A stretch of DNA of 64,000 nucleotides, from assembly GCA_040954595.2 (NCBI GenBank), contig CM082589.2:4230213-4294212 (forward strand), given 5' to 3'. The notes beneath the pieces are model-generated. The model did not search any database. It was not told where the DNA came from and was given only the letters and a program-made list of their open reading frames with translations. A program made the position numbers and the translations under genes. Within the stretch, counting starts at the first letter, position 1. The number at the start of each line of letters is the position of its first letter. The stretch comes from Balanoglossus misakiensis. Its lineage: Eukaryota > Animalia > Hemichordata. Below are positions 23,301 to 34,933 of the stretch, in pieces.

Positions 23301-24274
23301 AAGTGTCCAAGCTTACCTCAAAGCACTTTTTCAGATAGATGTACTGAGAAGCAGTGCTGTTTAGGCCACCGGCTGGTTTGGTTTCGTAGACGACAGCTTG
23401 CGGGATTGGTATCAGGAACGACACCACCCAGATGATCAGGATGATGGAGAGGGTACGCTTGGCCGTGCTCTTGAACATGAGCGGTCGACATATAGCGAAA
23501 TATCTGTCCACCGCAATGGCGCTCAGGGTCAGCACAGATACACTCATGGAGGTGACCTTAAAATTGAGAAGAACAAATCCGTCCAAAATAAATCAATATA
23601 AATTGTCCTGTTTCACGTTAGTGACGTATAGGAAAGGAAACAGACTTTATGATGGAAATTCAGCACTTTTTGCCGGATTTCGCGAATGTCAATTACGCTA
23701 ATTGCCCACGACTTGTGAACTGTTTAGTCCTGACTATGATATATAATCGTCCGTTTTCCCTAATGATGTCGATACATGTTACTTTTAAAGTCAGTAAATG
23801 TCAAAGAAAACGTTCAACTCTGTCGGATTTACGGGGTGTAATTTCACTTCATACCTGGAAGTATGGGATTAATTTGCAAGCCAGGTTACCAAAATACCAC
23901 GTCTCCGTGACATCGAAGACGACGGTGACTGGCAGGCAGATGAGCGATACCAGAATATCGGCAACCGAGAGGTTGACGATGTAATAGTTGGTGACCGTCC
24001 GCATCTGGGGGTTCCTAAGTACTGCATAGCAGACGAGAACGTTGCCGAGCAAGGCCAGCAGGAATACAATCGCGAAGGCGATGATGACTACCCACTCGTG
24101 GGGGGCTGGGTAGATGAGATTCTCCATCTTCCTTTTGTAAACCAGGTCGTAATAGTTATCCCAGTCGTAGTCCATGGCAGAGTTGGAACTGATATCTTCC
24201 TCGTCGCAGAAAACAGACAATGCACCGTCCAGAGTTTCGTTGTCGGCAGACGGTAACCCACAATTGGCCGCCAT
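20209..24274 (-). CDS. HCRTR: Orexin/allatotropin-type neuropeptide GPCR, paralog B; complement(join(20209..20396,21193..21317,21684..21982,23317..23556,23855..24274)), 1272 nt, 423 aa
   Basis: Same orexin-receptor motifs ([87 protein letters not shown]). GT..AG introns at the same positions and phases as paralog A. ATG context AAGATGG; stop TGA 20211-20209. Confidence 0.95.
21193..21317 (-). CDS. HCRTR: Receptor B coding exon 4 (QFP...NPIVYNFLS)
   Basis: Acceptor TTTTCAG; donor G|GTAAGT, phase 1. Confidence 0.94.
21684..21982 (-). CDS. HCRTR: Receptor B coding exon 3 (IGWFG...LNILR)
   Basis: Acceptor CTTTCTAG; donor AG|GTGAGC, phase 2. Confidence 0.93.
23317..23556 (-). CDS. HCRTR: Receptor B coding exon 2 (VTSMSVS...KKCFE)
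   Basis: Acceptor TTTTAAG; donor GAG|GTAAGC; 80 codons. Confidence 0.94.
23855..24274 (-). CDS. HCRTR: Receptor B coding exon 1 (MAANC...KLIPYFQ)
   Basis: ORF 23849..24274; donor CAG|GTATGA, phase 0; 140 codons. Confidence 0.94.
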
Positions 24275-24539
24275 CTTTACGGCGACGGGCGGTGTCTCCT
24301 TTTTGACGTGTATGAGAAAGCGCTGGAACGGCGATATTTACTTCTTGCCCGTCTTCGCTGTCAGTTATCCAGAGATAATGCCCTTCCTGCTTCGACTTCT
24401 ATACGTCAAGGTTCGAACGTCGGATTCGAGTAACTCAAAGCGTTTCACGCTGGGCTAATAACCGGCGTGTTTCAAGTGGACATTTAAGTTAGCTTCTGAT
24501 ACTAGTATGTCACATTGTATGTCAACAGGGTGGTACGAC
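24275..24539 (-). other. Probable 5'UTR portion of receptor B exon, preceded by a splice acceptor
   Basis: Minus-strand TTTGGTCTCTTTACTGTCCAAG ends at 24540. No transcript evidence. Confidence 0.4.
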
Positions 24540-27500
24540 CTTGGACAGTAAAGAGACCAAAATGAGCCGGATAATCCTTTTCTATATGAACAAAAATCTG
24601 TACCAGTCTTAGAGTAGCATGACCATTAAAACTGTGACATTAGCGATTCCTTCCGCGATAGATGCGCGCTTTCCTGGATCAATAACCGTCCTTGTGTAAA
24701 CTCGTCTTATGGAGGGAAAGTAACTGAAGTAGGCACCTAATTCCGGTTCCTTGTCAACTTCTGTCTCTTCGTCTATTCATAAACCATCAATGGAGATTCC
24801 TTTGTGTCGATATATGTGTCTTCTCCCAATATCTGTGGTTAAAAGAATGAAATGCGCATTCGTGTTAGGAATATTAAATCACTCTGGTTTGATACCCTCC
24901 TGCATCAAACGTCGCCGTAATTTGGCGGGCTTTTTTGTCGTGTACATGTACGTGCGGCTGCAATTACATGGAAAACAGGTATGGTGGTGGTTGATGTATA
25001 ACCCATTTGTCAGAGGACAAATTGGCCGGGACTGCTACACAAGAGTGGGACTAAGAAGATAGGAGACACTAACTGAATGGTTGAAGTGCTTTCGTGTGTA
25101 CGCAAATATGAGGTAAATTTAGTTCGCAGGAGACAGGCAATAAAGAATTATCCCCGCTGTTTGAATTTTATAGATACACGACGCTTCACCCAATAGAGTC
25201 AGCGGTCTCACTATCCTACAAGGGTCATTTGCGTTCCATCTCTTGAAAAACGTATCGCACCCAAGTTGAGTGGCTGTCCTCATCCCAATTGGCCTATTGA
25301 CATATTACCCTTAGCTGTTTCTTCATCAAATGACAAAATACCAGCAACAATATCGTCGGATCTGTGCTTACAAGTGACTGACAGGTAACGTTTGTGGTAT
25401 TCGATTAAAATGGGAAAGATGGACGCATTAGCGCATGTAATTCTGTCATTTTGATTTAATATGTTTATCTTTCTAAAAAGATGGCTTTACAGTACATTGG
25501 GTGGTATTGTGGCCCAGACTTTTTATAACGTTGTAACTCAACTTATTAAACATATGTGAATGCCCAGTCATTGTGATGTCACAAGGCCCAGTATACCTGT
25601 CAATAATGTTTCGTGAGAGGAAACAATTTTGTTCCACTATCCGGAGATAAAAAAAAAAGTTGAAAATGGATGGAGGTGATGACTGCGGCTGTGTCTATGT
25701 ATATCCAGTGCGGAAATCAACAAGGTCTGCTTGGATGCGGCTCAGACGCGTGTTATAATTTCTGTCAAAGTGTCTTGACAGCTCTGTCGCGACAGGTTTC
25801 CTGAATTGGTGTTAGCACACTTCCCTGACCTGGGGAAGAATCGTCACGTCTGGTGAAGCAGCTGTCCGCCGGCAGAGAAGTACACTAAAACAAGCGTTAT
25901 GCAATAACTGCCACGTGTTGATGAATGATTTATATCCGCGCGGACGCTGTTGAACGTTGGACGCACTCTCAGAACAGAACGATGCAAATTTTCCCAAGGA
26001 ATGAACATTGCACTCTTTGAGATAATTAAACCAGGGTAGAGCCTTTTTTGTTTCAAGACCGTCTCCTCAGAATCCATCAAAACACCCGTCGCGTGACGTC
26101 ATTGCTATCACTAATGGATGAGCCGTAAGGTGGGCACATAGGCGATAAAATAGTGTCGTAAAGTGCCGCGAAATTATACAATGACCCATTACACAATGAC
26201 TGACAGTTGAAAAAAGGATAGACGCAGGCAATCAACGATTTTACAACTTGCTGTGGCTTCGATGAGGTTTGACAAATACTCCTTCTGTTTGCCGTCTGCT
26301 GTATTGAATAGCAATATATTACACTCGCTATGCAAGCATTCATCCGGTCGAAGTACTGTATCAGAAGCCCTCTTAATATAATCTCAATTCATACCCGTAA
26401 AATATCTTGTACCAGAGCGATTCAAAACTGAGATAATAGATAAAAGAGATAGAAATTGCCCACCGTATTCTCAAGCGACATTACGTTAAGTTGTACGCGG
26501 ATGAGAATGGTTTACACTGTCTGAAAGTCTTTACGCTGCAGCTAGGTAAGTTTTGAAATGTGTGGCATCAGTCTTCGGGTTAATACTTCGGTTCGCTGCC
26601 ATCAGATACAATTTGGTACAAGCCCTTTGAATAAATAGCGAATCACAAGTTTCTCTTTCCGGGGGTAAATGACTGTGCATTGCCGGATGCTCGCTGTATT
26701 ATATTTGTATTTAATTCGGGGGGAAAACGTTTTACGTAGCGCACGCATGGAGAGACGCGGAATTGTTTGACGCGGCGCGTCCGTGGACCTGTCTGTTCTC
26801 ATTAGAGACCCATCTCGGGTGCGTGTTTGAAATGCCAGAGATCGCGCTCCCCCTCCTATACCTGACGATTAACTCTGATGGCTGCGAAATGGAACTTGTC
26901 TTCCGTACTTTCATTAGTGACTAATGTCGCGATTCGAGTTCTTCTTCGTTTTTTTATTGCTTCGCAGTTTGAATGCCCCCCGTGCGTAATGCACATCACA
27001 GGTTTTATTACTGAGAATCCCTTAAAAAACGAAGCGCAAGCGTAAAATAAGTAACTCCAGTATTAACTTGTGGCGGTTACCGGCCACGGTGTCTAGAATC
27101 TAAAAGAAGGTAGACTGATCCCGATGAAGGGCAGGGGTTTTAAATATAAAGCTATACATCACACTCACTTCATAATCTCCAGTTTTTTTACACGAAAAAG
27201 AATAGTATGACCTTGGCGTGATCATAGCTTTCCGTTAAACTCTCTATCCCACACCATTATATCTACAGTGTTGAGTTTGCAAAATAAATCAAATCGTCGA
27301 TTCCTTGAACATGGTCTCATTAACCTAGATAAGTATAAAGACATCTAAGAGTTCTAAACGGGATTGCGTCCTTAAATCAACTCACATGGCGACCACTGAT
27401 CGCTGTTGCGACTTAAAGCTATCAACCAGATAAACCCCACGCAGTAATTGTCAGTAAGAGAAACGCATGACGCTGAGATCAGAGAGATAACGCTTAATTT

Positions 27501-30500
27501 CACGTGCTCTATAGGTATGTATGAAAAAAGTAAAAATTAAAGACGTAAAAGCCAAGATAAAATACACTGTATTATCGCAAAATAATATGCATTGTATAAA
27601 GATTTGTCACACCACCAACCTTACCCTTCTATGCAGACGTTGGTGCTAACTACTGGAGTACCGTGACAACTTTACTAATGATAAATGGAAATAAGGAAAT
27701 ATTTACAGTTCTAATAATGGAGGCCTACCTACTCTCCTGCAAAAGTTCTTAAAGTGCTAAAATAAATATATTAACAGATTTTGCTTGTTCCTTAGCTCAC
27801 CAGCTTTTCCTAACACTGTAATTTAAATGTCATCAGAAAGAGGTAAATACCCGTAGACAGTATACATTTGGACAAAATCAACAGTTGTTATTGAAGCTAA
27901 GGGGTGCGCGCGCACGAACAGAAAACCTCGCCAATGTAAGGTACGGCTTCGAAGTGAAATGATTGCCTTGTTTTCTTGCTCATGGTTACAGCGTGGAAAA
28001 TAAACAGAAGCTAACTCCGTGTCTCGGTAGACGAATCAGCCAAACACGCAGAACGGCAGCCACCACCATCAATAAATTACCGAATGCACGCTTGCCGGAT
28101 AATTGATTTATTTCTTACAAGAATAGCGTTGAAGTAAAGGGCTAACAGCGTGTACTGTATTTCCTTGCCCATTTACTGATTTTGAATTACCACACAGTAA
28201 GGTGGCAGAGTAAACCTCGTGATACAGCAGCTTAATTTTGTTATCGATCGTATGAAATGATATAAATCAACATTTCGACCACTTTAAAAGTTCACGACAT
28301 CGTGACCAATAATCCACCTTTTCCGTCGGTAATCATTAGAAATCTTACTTGAATAATAAAATGTTAAACTCTCATTCCTTTTAATTTATGCCCTTCAATT
28401 TTAACATTTAACATTTGTCTTGAAATGATAAGCTTAGCATGAATAATACCTCACAGGGAAAAGGTTAACATTTGGATTGATTGTACAGATCTGAATAAAT
28501 GAACCAAAAGCGACCTTTCAAGCACAGGTCACGAATAAGCTTCCCCTTGTAAGATTATCGGATAATGAATTATAAAAAAATGTGATAATTTGCTGGCATA
28601 ACATTTGAAGGCACCGGACTGGCTACTTGGACAATGTCCTATGCATCTATCGAATTGAGGACAGACATGTTCAGTCTGTACGCTCTCAGTTAATGAAGAT
28701 GGCTGCAAATGCTGTAACGATTGACTAGAATTCACATTATGTTTTTTTACTAAAGGCTGACGGATAATAGATGACTCTTTTCTGCTGCACATTTCATATG
28801 GAATGACAGTGCGTCATAAACATCTTGTCGCGTCCACAAATATCGCTAGATAGAAATAGACGATGATTTATAAGTTATACCAGATGTCAACGATACACTT
28901 CATTTTTTGCAGAGAAGGTCCAGACCTAACACACTTGTATCATTTCGCGATTATCAATCTGATAATTGTCAACCTTTCATGCTCGTTTCGACAAAAATAA
29001 TTCCACGTGGTGGAGCTGTACACAGATCCAGCAAAACACTGCGTCGCCCGGCAGGACGCAAATTAGAAAACGTTTTAGGCCAATTGGTGAAAGTAGCTCT
29101 CCCGCCGTTTCCGAGAGGGAAATGGTAGGTTGGTTGGCCATCTCCAATAAAACACAGCGTGTCGCTTTGAAAATTGAACTCACCCGTTTGGTGTCGCGTG
29201 TGTGACGTGATGGATCGACTCGACCACTTGGCCCGGGCGGGGAGCGAGTCCAGTCCAGCTAGGCGCTTGGAACGTCAATGAAGGCACGTCAGCAACGACA
29301 CGCTTTAAAATACATGCGTTCACACACTCCTTGCTGTCACGTACATTGTATGTAATCGAGAGTGACATGCATGTGGAAAAAAAATCAATTCGCCCGCGGC
29401 GTATAGTAATGTTCGAACTCGTGTCGTAAGTCTGCACATCCCATGAAAGGTGGGGCATAATTAATGAGTTTTACGTAGCAGTAAGTGGCGGCAACAGCTG
29501 TTTATATGTACATGTAAATATGATTTTTGTTGTAAATCATATACGACGCATTCGCGATTGTAATCTCCGATCTGTCAGACAGACAGAAACTAAGCTATCG
29601 TAAAAGATGAACATCCGGGACAATTGATATGAATAAATGTTGCGAGCAGAGAAATCGAATCCGACCAGATCTACACTGATTATCGACTTGTTGTCAACGC
29701 TAAATATTCTGTCATGTGGCGCGTGAATGAGAATGCACGACGTGCATGAACATGCGTAAGACGCACGTCATCACACCAAACCGACAACTATGTGGTTGTC
29801 CCGTTGTACCATGAAACGTCAAACTGTGACGTCACGGAGGGCAGAGGATAACTGATAAGGCTGTATTCACCTCTTCTGTACTTTCTATTGTTTCGCCAAG
29901 GTCAAAATATTGGATGAGGATCAACAACTACCGTAACACAACTATAATTGCACGTCGCAAGTTTCAAAGGTGCTTTAAGCTGTCGACCAATAATGACATT
30001 TGGCAGGAACTTTACTACAATATCAAAATCCAAATAAAACACTAATTATGATTAAAGAAATACATGGAATTAACGAATCATTACAAACATCTAATCAAAA
30101 TGAATTAATGTAATAAACAAAATAGTTTTACTACTAACTGAACCTGCGTAAAGTACCTGCGCATTGGAGTTTGACGATTACACGATTCGAACTCATTAAT
30201 TTACAAATACCGCAACAGATAGAAGATGTTGGCCAACTGAGATCTTGTTAAATGGTTCGAAATAAGTATCTACCCACACAAATAATCCTCGTAACACCCT
30301 CATTGCATGGATATAGCCTAATCATCAATCATTGTAACACGTGCAGATGCTATTAAATACAACAATCATGCAATTGGGGCCTCAATTTCGTTTTATAGAA
30401 AGCAAATGCACAGAATATCTGTGTGTGGCATATACCATACAAAACTCACTTTGCAAATGACATACAATGATACTAAACAGCTATTGGAACCGCTGTGTAT

Positions 30501-30655
30501 ACGTAAAATAAATACTACACACTGTGTATAAAATTTGTACATATTTGTATTAGACATTTGTTCGATGTTGGAAATATTTCATGGCCTATTAAAAGACCGT
30601 GTTACTGTGTAACGATTACCGATCATTGACCGTCGGAGAGAAACCCTCAGCAATA

Positions 30656-31556
30656 GATGATTTTCCGCTCACTGCGAGATCTCACGAGATCTCACGAGAC
30701 TTGAAAAGGGTTCAAGTGCTCCACATACGAAGTTCTGATGACGGAAGATATATGGTTGTTACCAGCGGGCAAGCTCATCAGTCGAAGCGATCGCTAAATT
30801 GGATTCTAAGCAAGCAATAAAGATAGCGTTTGGTGATGACTACCCGATGGACGAGCAAATTTCGACTTTTTTTCTCTGACAAGTCAGCGATTCATCACCT
30901 TCGGTGTGACAACCAGAAAAGGGTGTACGCGCAGACCGTAAAACTAGTAAACTCTCTCTCTCTCCCTCCCCCCTCGCCGTCGCCGTGATTTTAAACCGGC
31001 CTGAAGTGATGATCGTATCGCGACGTGTTGCACACGTCACCAAGAATCACGTCCGTCGCGGCGCCGTTTCAAACAAGTCTTAACATTTTGAAGTGCGTGT
31101 CTGAGCACAACTTCCCTGGGCTGTTCCCGTTTTATTGAATGTCAGCGGAAGCGGTAAGACAGTTCTAATGGCATCAAAATTCACGGCAGTCACTGTGAAA
31201 TCCGTCGCTGTCGTCCGCTAGTTAAATCGCCTCGACGACGTATTTTGGGATCTTCCTAATCAACATTTCAATCAGAGACATTTTGTATATTCGTTTGAAA
31301 GAGGGCATGCTTTACAAATAGACCATTTTCAGAACTCCGCGATATCCTGCGCGATCTCGCGTGGATTGGACACTCTCATGTGACAAAAGACAAAACACAT
31401 GGCCCATCATGTTAAACGACATACAATACAAAGTTACAATTTTTGTTAAAAAATTCTAATTTCATACAAAGCTACACTTGTATTACTTGGCTACCAACCC
31501 GTTGCTACGGTAATTATTCAAGTCTCGCGACATCTCGCAATGAGCGAGAAATCGTC
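30656..31556. mobile_element. Non-autonomous DNA transposon (~900 bp) with ~45 bp imperfect TIRs and a TA target-site duplication
   Basis: Left aaTA|GATGATTTTCCGCTCACTGCGAGATCTCACGAGA versus reverse complement of the right end aaTA|GACGATTTCTCGCTCATTGCGAGATGTCGCGAGA (32/38 identical, then both continue CTTGAA after one extra 10-bp unit on the left). No transposase ORF. Confidence 0.7.
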
Positions 31557-32447
31557 TATTCGCATGAGACCAGCTGCCACTGCCTGCTGTTGTTGTTTCT
31601 CTCCTCTTATCTGATGGAGACAGCGATAACTGAGAGCACAATCAGCGAAGATCTCGAATGAAGTACCTGTTCTGTTTGTTTTCGCAATCTCGATCGCCCC
31701 TCTCGGGTTTCGCGATCTTTCCGAGCCGCCGTCATTCTTATACGCTGATATGCAAAGCAGAGACATTATCTGGCGCGTGTACTAACAGTCCCTACGGTCG
31801 CCCGTGATTAGAACACGTTGCTGGGATCGATAACGCAACAGAAGAAGTACCACTCACATACAAAAATTCGAATGATTACATAAGACTATATGATATTTCA
31901 AGCATTATCTCAATAAAAATCAAGTTACTGAAATGATGATGGGAGATTGTGTCTCCAATATGGCGACTTAATGTTTGACCAGTCAGTAAAAGCCTGCTTT
32001 TTGTAAAGTTGCTGACGGCTTCAGTTTTTGAAAAGTTGTCGTGATGTTAGAGATGAGACACAATCTATTTTTACTTTTCAAAATTATAGAATATATTTTT
32101 CGATTCCGACTCGTCACCCACACAATGTTCCAGACCACAATAACTTACTGTAGAATTGTAATTATCATGTCATGTAACCCTGTGCGTATCTCTCCACAGC
32201 GCTCAATTCCAAACGTATTCCTTTCATAGGCTGTAGTTAAGCGACCGACTCGCATACATGTACTGTAAGTTAAGTACTCACCTACCATACGGTAAACGTG
32301 CCACAAAACTTGGTTTGATTAGCAGTTTTAAGTGTCATTATATGGACGGGATGGCTAGAAGCTTACGTATGTCACTCATACCCAGTTCAGCAATGCTCTT
32401 AAGGACAACCGCGATTCACTCTAACCATATTTGAAATTATACATTAA

Positions 32448-32662
32448 CACGATTGGAACTATTTTGGGATAATTGTATGGTAATTAACTCTGTAAAACTC
32501 TCAGCACACTGCATGTAGCCTACACACTCGACATATTTATCATTTTGTTTTGTTTCGGTCAAACAATGACAGAAATAGCACATTCTCCCCAAGCACAACG
32601 ATATTTATAGTTTTGTACACATTTTAGCGGTATGCAATTATCCCCAAATAGTTCCAATCGTG
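32448..32662. mobile_element. 215-bp MITE, piggyBac-like (TTAA-type site)
   Basis: TTAA|CACGATTGGAACTATTTTGGGATAATTG ... CAATTATCCCCAAATAGTTCCAATCGTG|TTGA: a 28-bp TIR with 1 mismatch, flanked by TTAA and TTGA. Confidence 0.75.
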
Positions 32663-34821
32663 TTGACATTAAAATTTTACTTTTCACCTAGAAAAAAAAT
32701 GCATTGTGAAAGGATGGTAAACTGTGGTCACGCAGCTTTGCCAGTGAATTTTCAGCATTAAGAACAACCCGAATGGACCTGTTCAATGTTTCAGTCTCAG
32801 TTGACCACGCTTAGTTGTCGGAGCCTATCCCCAATACGAGCAGGATGAAGTATACCAACGTTGCAGTTTTGAGTAACCTACCAATTTGCAATTGACCAGA
32901 GCGAGACATTCCAATTAACACATTGACAGTAACGTAACGCGCACGAGGTGGCGGCCCAGCATCGCGCACTGAGATTGGCCCCTCACATCTGTCGCCGGCG
33001 AAGTGTTGACATCCAGGAACAAAAGTGACGGCACGCGACACGTTACACCGTCTCTACAAACAAAAGAATGATTAAGCGATAATTACCTAGATTGCTGACA
33101 AATATCGCGAGTACTGTCTACAAGACTGCAGTGTGACGAACCACTCCTCTCGGTTTCGATGTCGCTTGCTTTTTGTCAACGCAATCATCCTCGCATATCC
33201 CCAACTTCAATCGAAATCGTTTATTTTCTGCCGCCCGAGCACCCCGTGGGCTTCGCAAGAGACGACACTATTCAGTACAGGCGGTTTGCGAGTGGCAAAT
33301 ACTACTGTCGTTCCTTCAGTTGCTCTCCGCACACACTCATTGGGTGTTCATTAGCGCCGACCTTGGCAGAATTATAGGTTAACGCTCCTAGGCAGCTCCC
33401 GTTACGGATGCCGTTTTGTCCTGTTTATCTTTCAGTGATTGCTGGCGGGCGTAAGTGTGTCGTTGTCGAGGCCTATCACGCCATCACTGTAATCAGTCAG
33501 AGATGAGGAGATTGTGCAAATAACAACTGCAAATTATGTCTATATGAATAGGACGGGTAAATCGCGCCTACATGACCGGGGTGGGTAACACGAACACCGT
33601 CTCTCGCTCTTTCTCTCTCGCCAGGAAATGAAACGCACGTCTGGGCAAGTCAATAAAGGGTGGGACTATGCGGCCAACGCAAACTCGTCATCGCATACCA
33701 AACCCGCTTGCTTGATAAGTTTCCTCGGCCGAAACTACCGAAGACAGCGGCGTCGTAAACAGAGCAACGCTTGGTCGAATCAAGATAAGACACGATTAAG
33801 TTCAATAAATATAATGGCATATTTCATTGTGGAGTTTTTCCTTGGGTAAAAACACATATCCACGATATGGGATTCTAAGCATGGGCGAGAGTGATGACGC
33901 AAAAGGAATTCTGTCTAAACTCCAATACCAGTAGCCAATCAGAAAACGATCAAACGATCGGCGTCATTTCAGGAAAGCGACTCGTAGTTTTATCCAGCAA
34001 TAAAGCCATAGACCAAATTTAGCTGGGGGGAATACAAATGCGATTAAATTTAATGACAATTTTAACGTCATGCGGCGAATTCTAAACCGATGAACAACAA
34101 CAAAAATCATTGAATCATTTACACTTAAGTGGTAATGTGCGTAATCCCAAACTGTTATTTCCCCGTTCTGTGAAAATTGACAGTTTCAATTTGTCGGAAA
34201 CGCACCAATGGTCTTAAGGCACAAAAAACACATTAGGGTTAGCCGAGGCGCAAACATTGGCAGCATCCGCGGCGAAAATCGATGCCTTAATAACGCCGTT
34301 CTGCGCGGAGACGATGGCTAATAAATCTCGTCTTCATTAGGTGGTTGTTATTTAGCTAGGAAATCCGATTCTGGATCCACTTGCCGCGTGAGTTATGTAT
34401 CCAGCGCAGACAGATAGGCGCGAAATCATCTGATTAAAGCAAATATTGCTTATTAGCCATGGCAGTCAGGTTTGAAACAAGTAGACGACGAAGTAATTGC
34501 GAAGGCATTTTGTGGATGGAATGAAAATGGGCAGACGACAAGACACGGTGATGGCGGAAATCATCGTTTTTGTTGTTGTTGTTTTTTGGAAGTTGTCTGA
34601 GGTCAAACCCTGATTCATTATATATCTACATGTTGTTACGGTAGAAATAACCGGGAGCACACAATGGAGTCGGTAGTTCAACATCATAATATATAATTGA
34701 ACAACTAGCCTTCTAAATCAAAAGGACTCACAGAAAAAAAATGTTTTATGTGCTTTACCCTGCTTGGTCGAGGAGTTACCGAGTCCACAAAAGTCCTGGC
34801 CGAACTCAAGCTTCACCAAGG

Positions 34822-34933
34822 CACAGAAGTCCGTTGCTGACGAAGTCCGTCATTCACAGAAGCCAGTTGCTCACAGAAGTCAGTTGCTCACATTAGTCCG
34901 TTGCTCACACAAAGTCCGTTTCTCACAGAGTCC
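34822..34933. repeat. Degenerate ~17-bp minisatellite (CACAGAAGTCCGTTGCT), ~6-7 copies
   Basis: cacagaagtccgttgct / cacagaagccagttgct / cacagaagtcagttgct / cacattagtccgttgct / cacacaaagtccgtttct / cacagagtcc. Confidence 0.8.

Noticed and set aside
33601-33850. Strong plus-strand acceptor (CTCTCTCGCCAG at 33624) followed by an ATG ORF, and a perfect donor AG|GTAAGT at 26546, suggesting a divergent transcript
   Set aside because: Isolated splice-like motifs are expected by chance in 40 kb; the ORF has no recognisable features and no consistent exon chain could be built.
34822-34933. Possible CRISPR-like array
   Set aside because: Head-to-tail degenerate units without spacers, no cas genes, and a eukaryotic intron-containing context.
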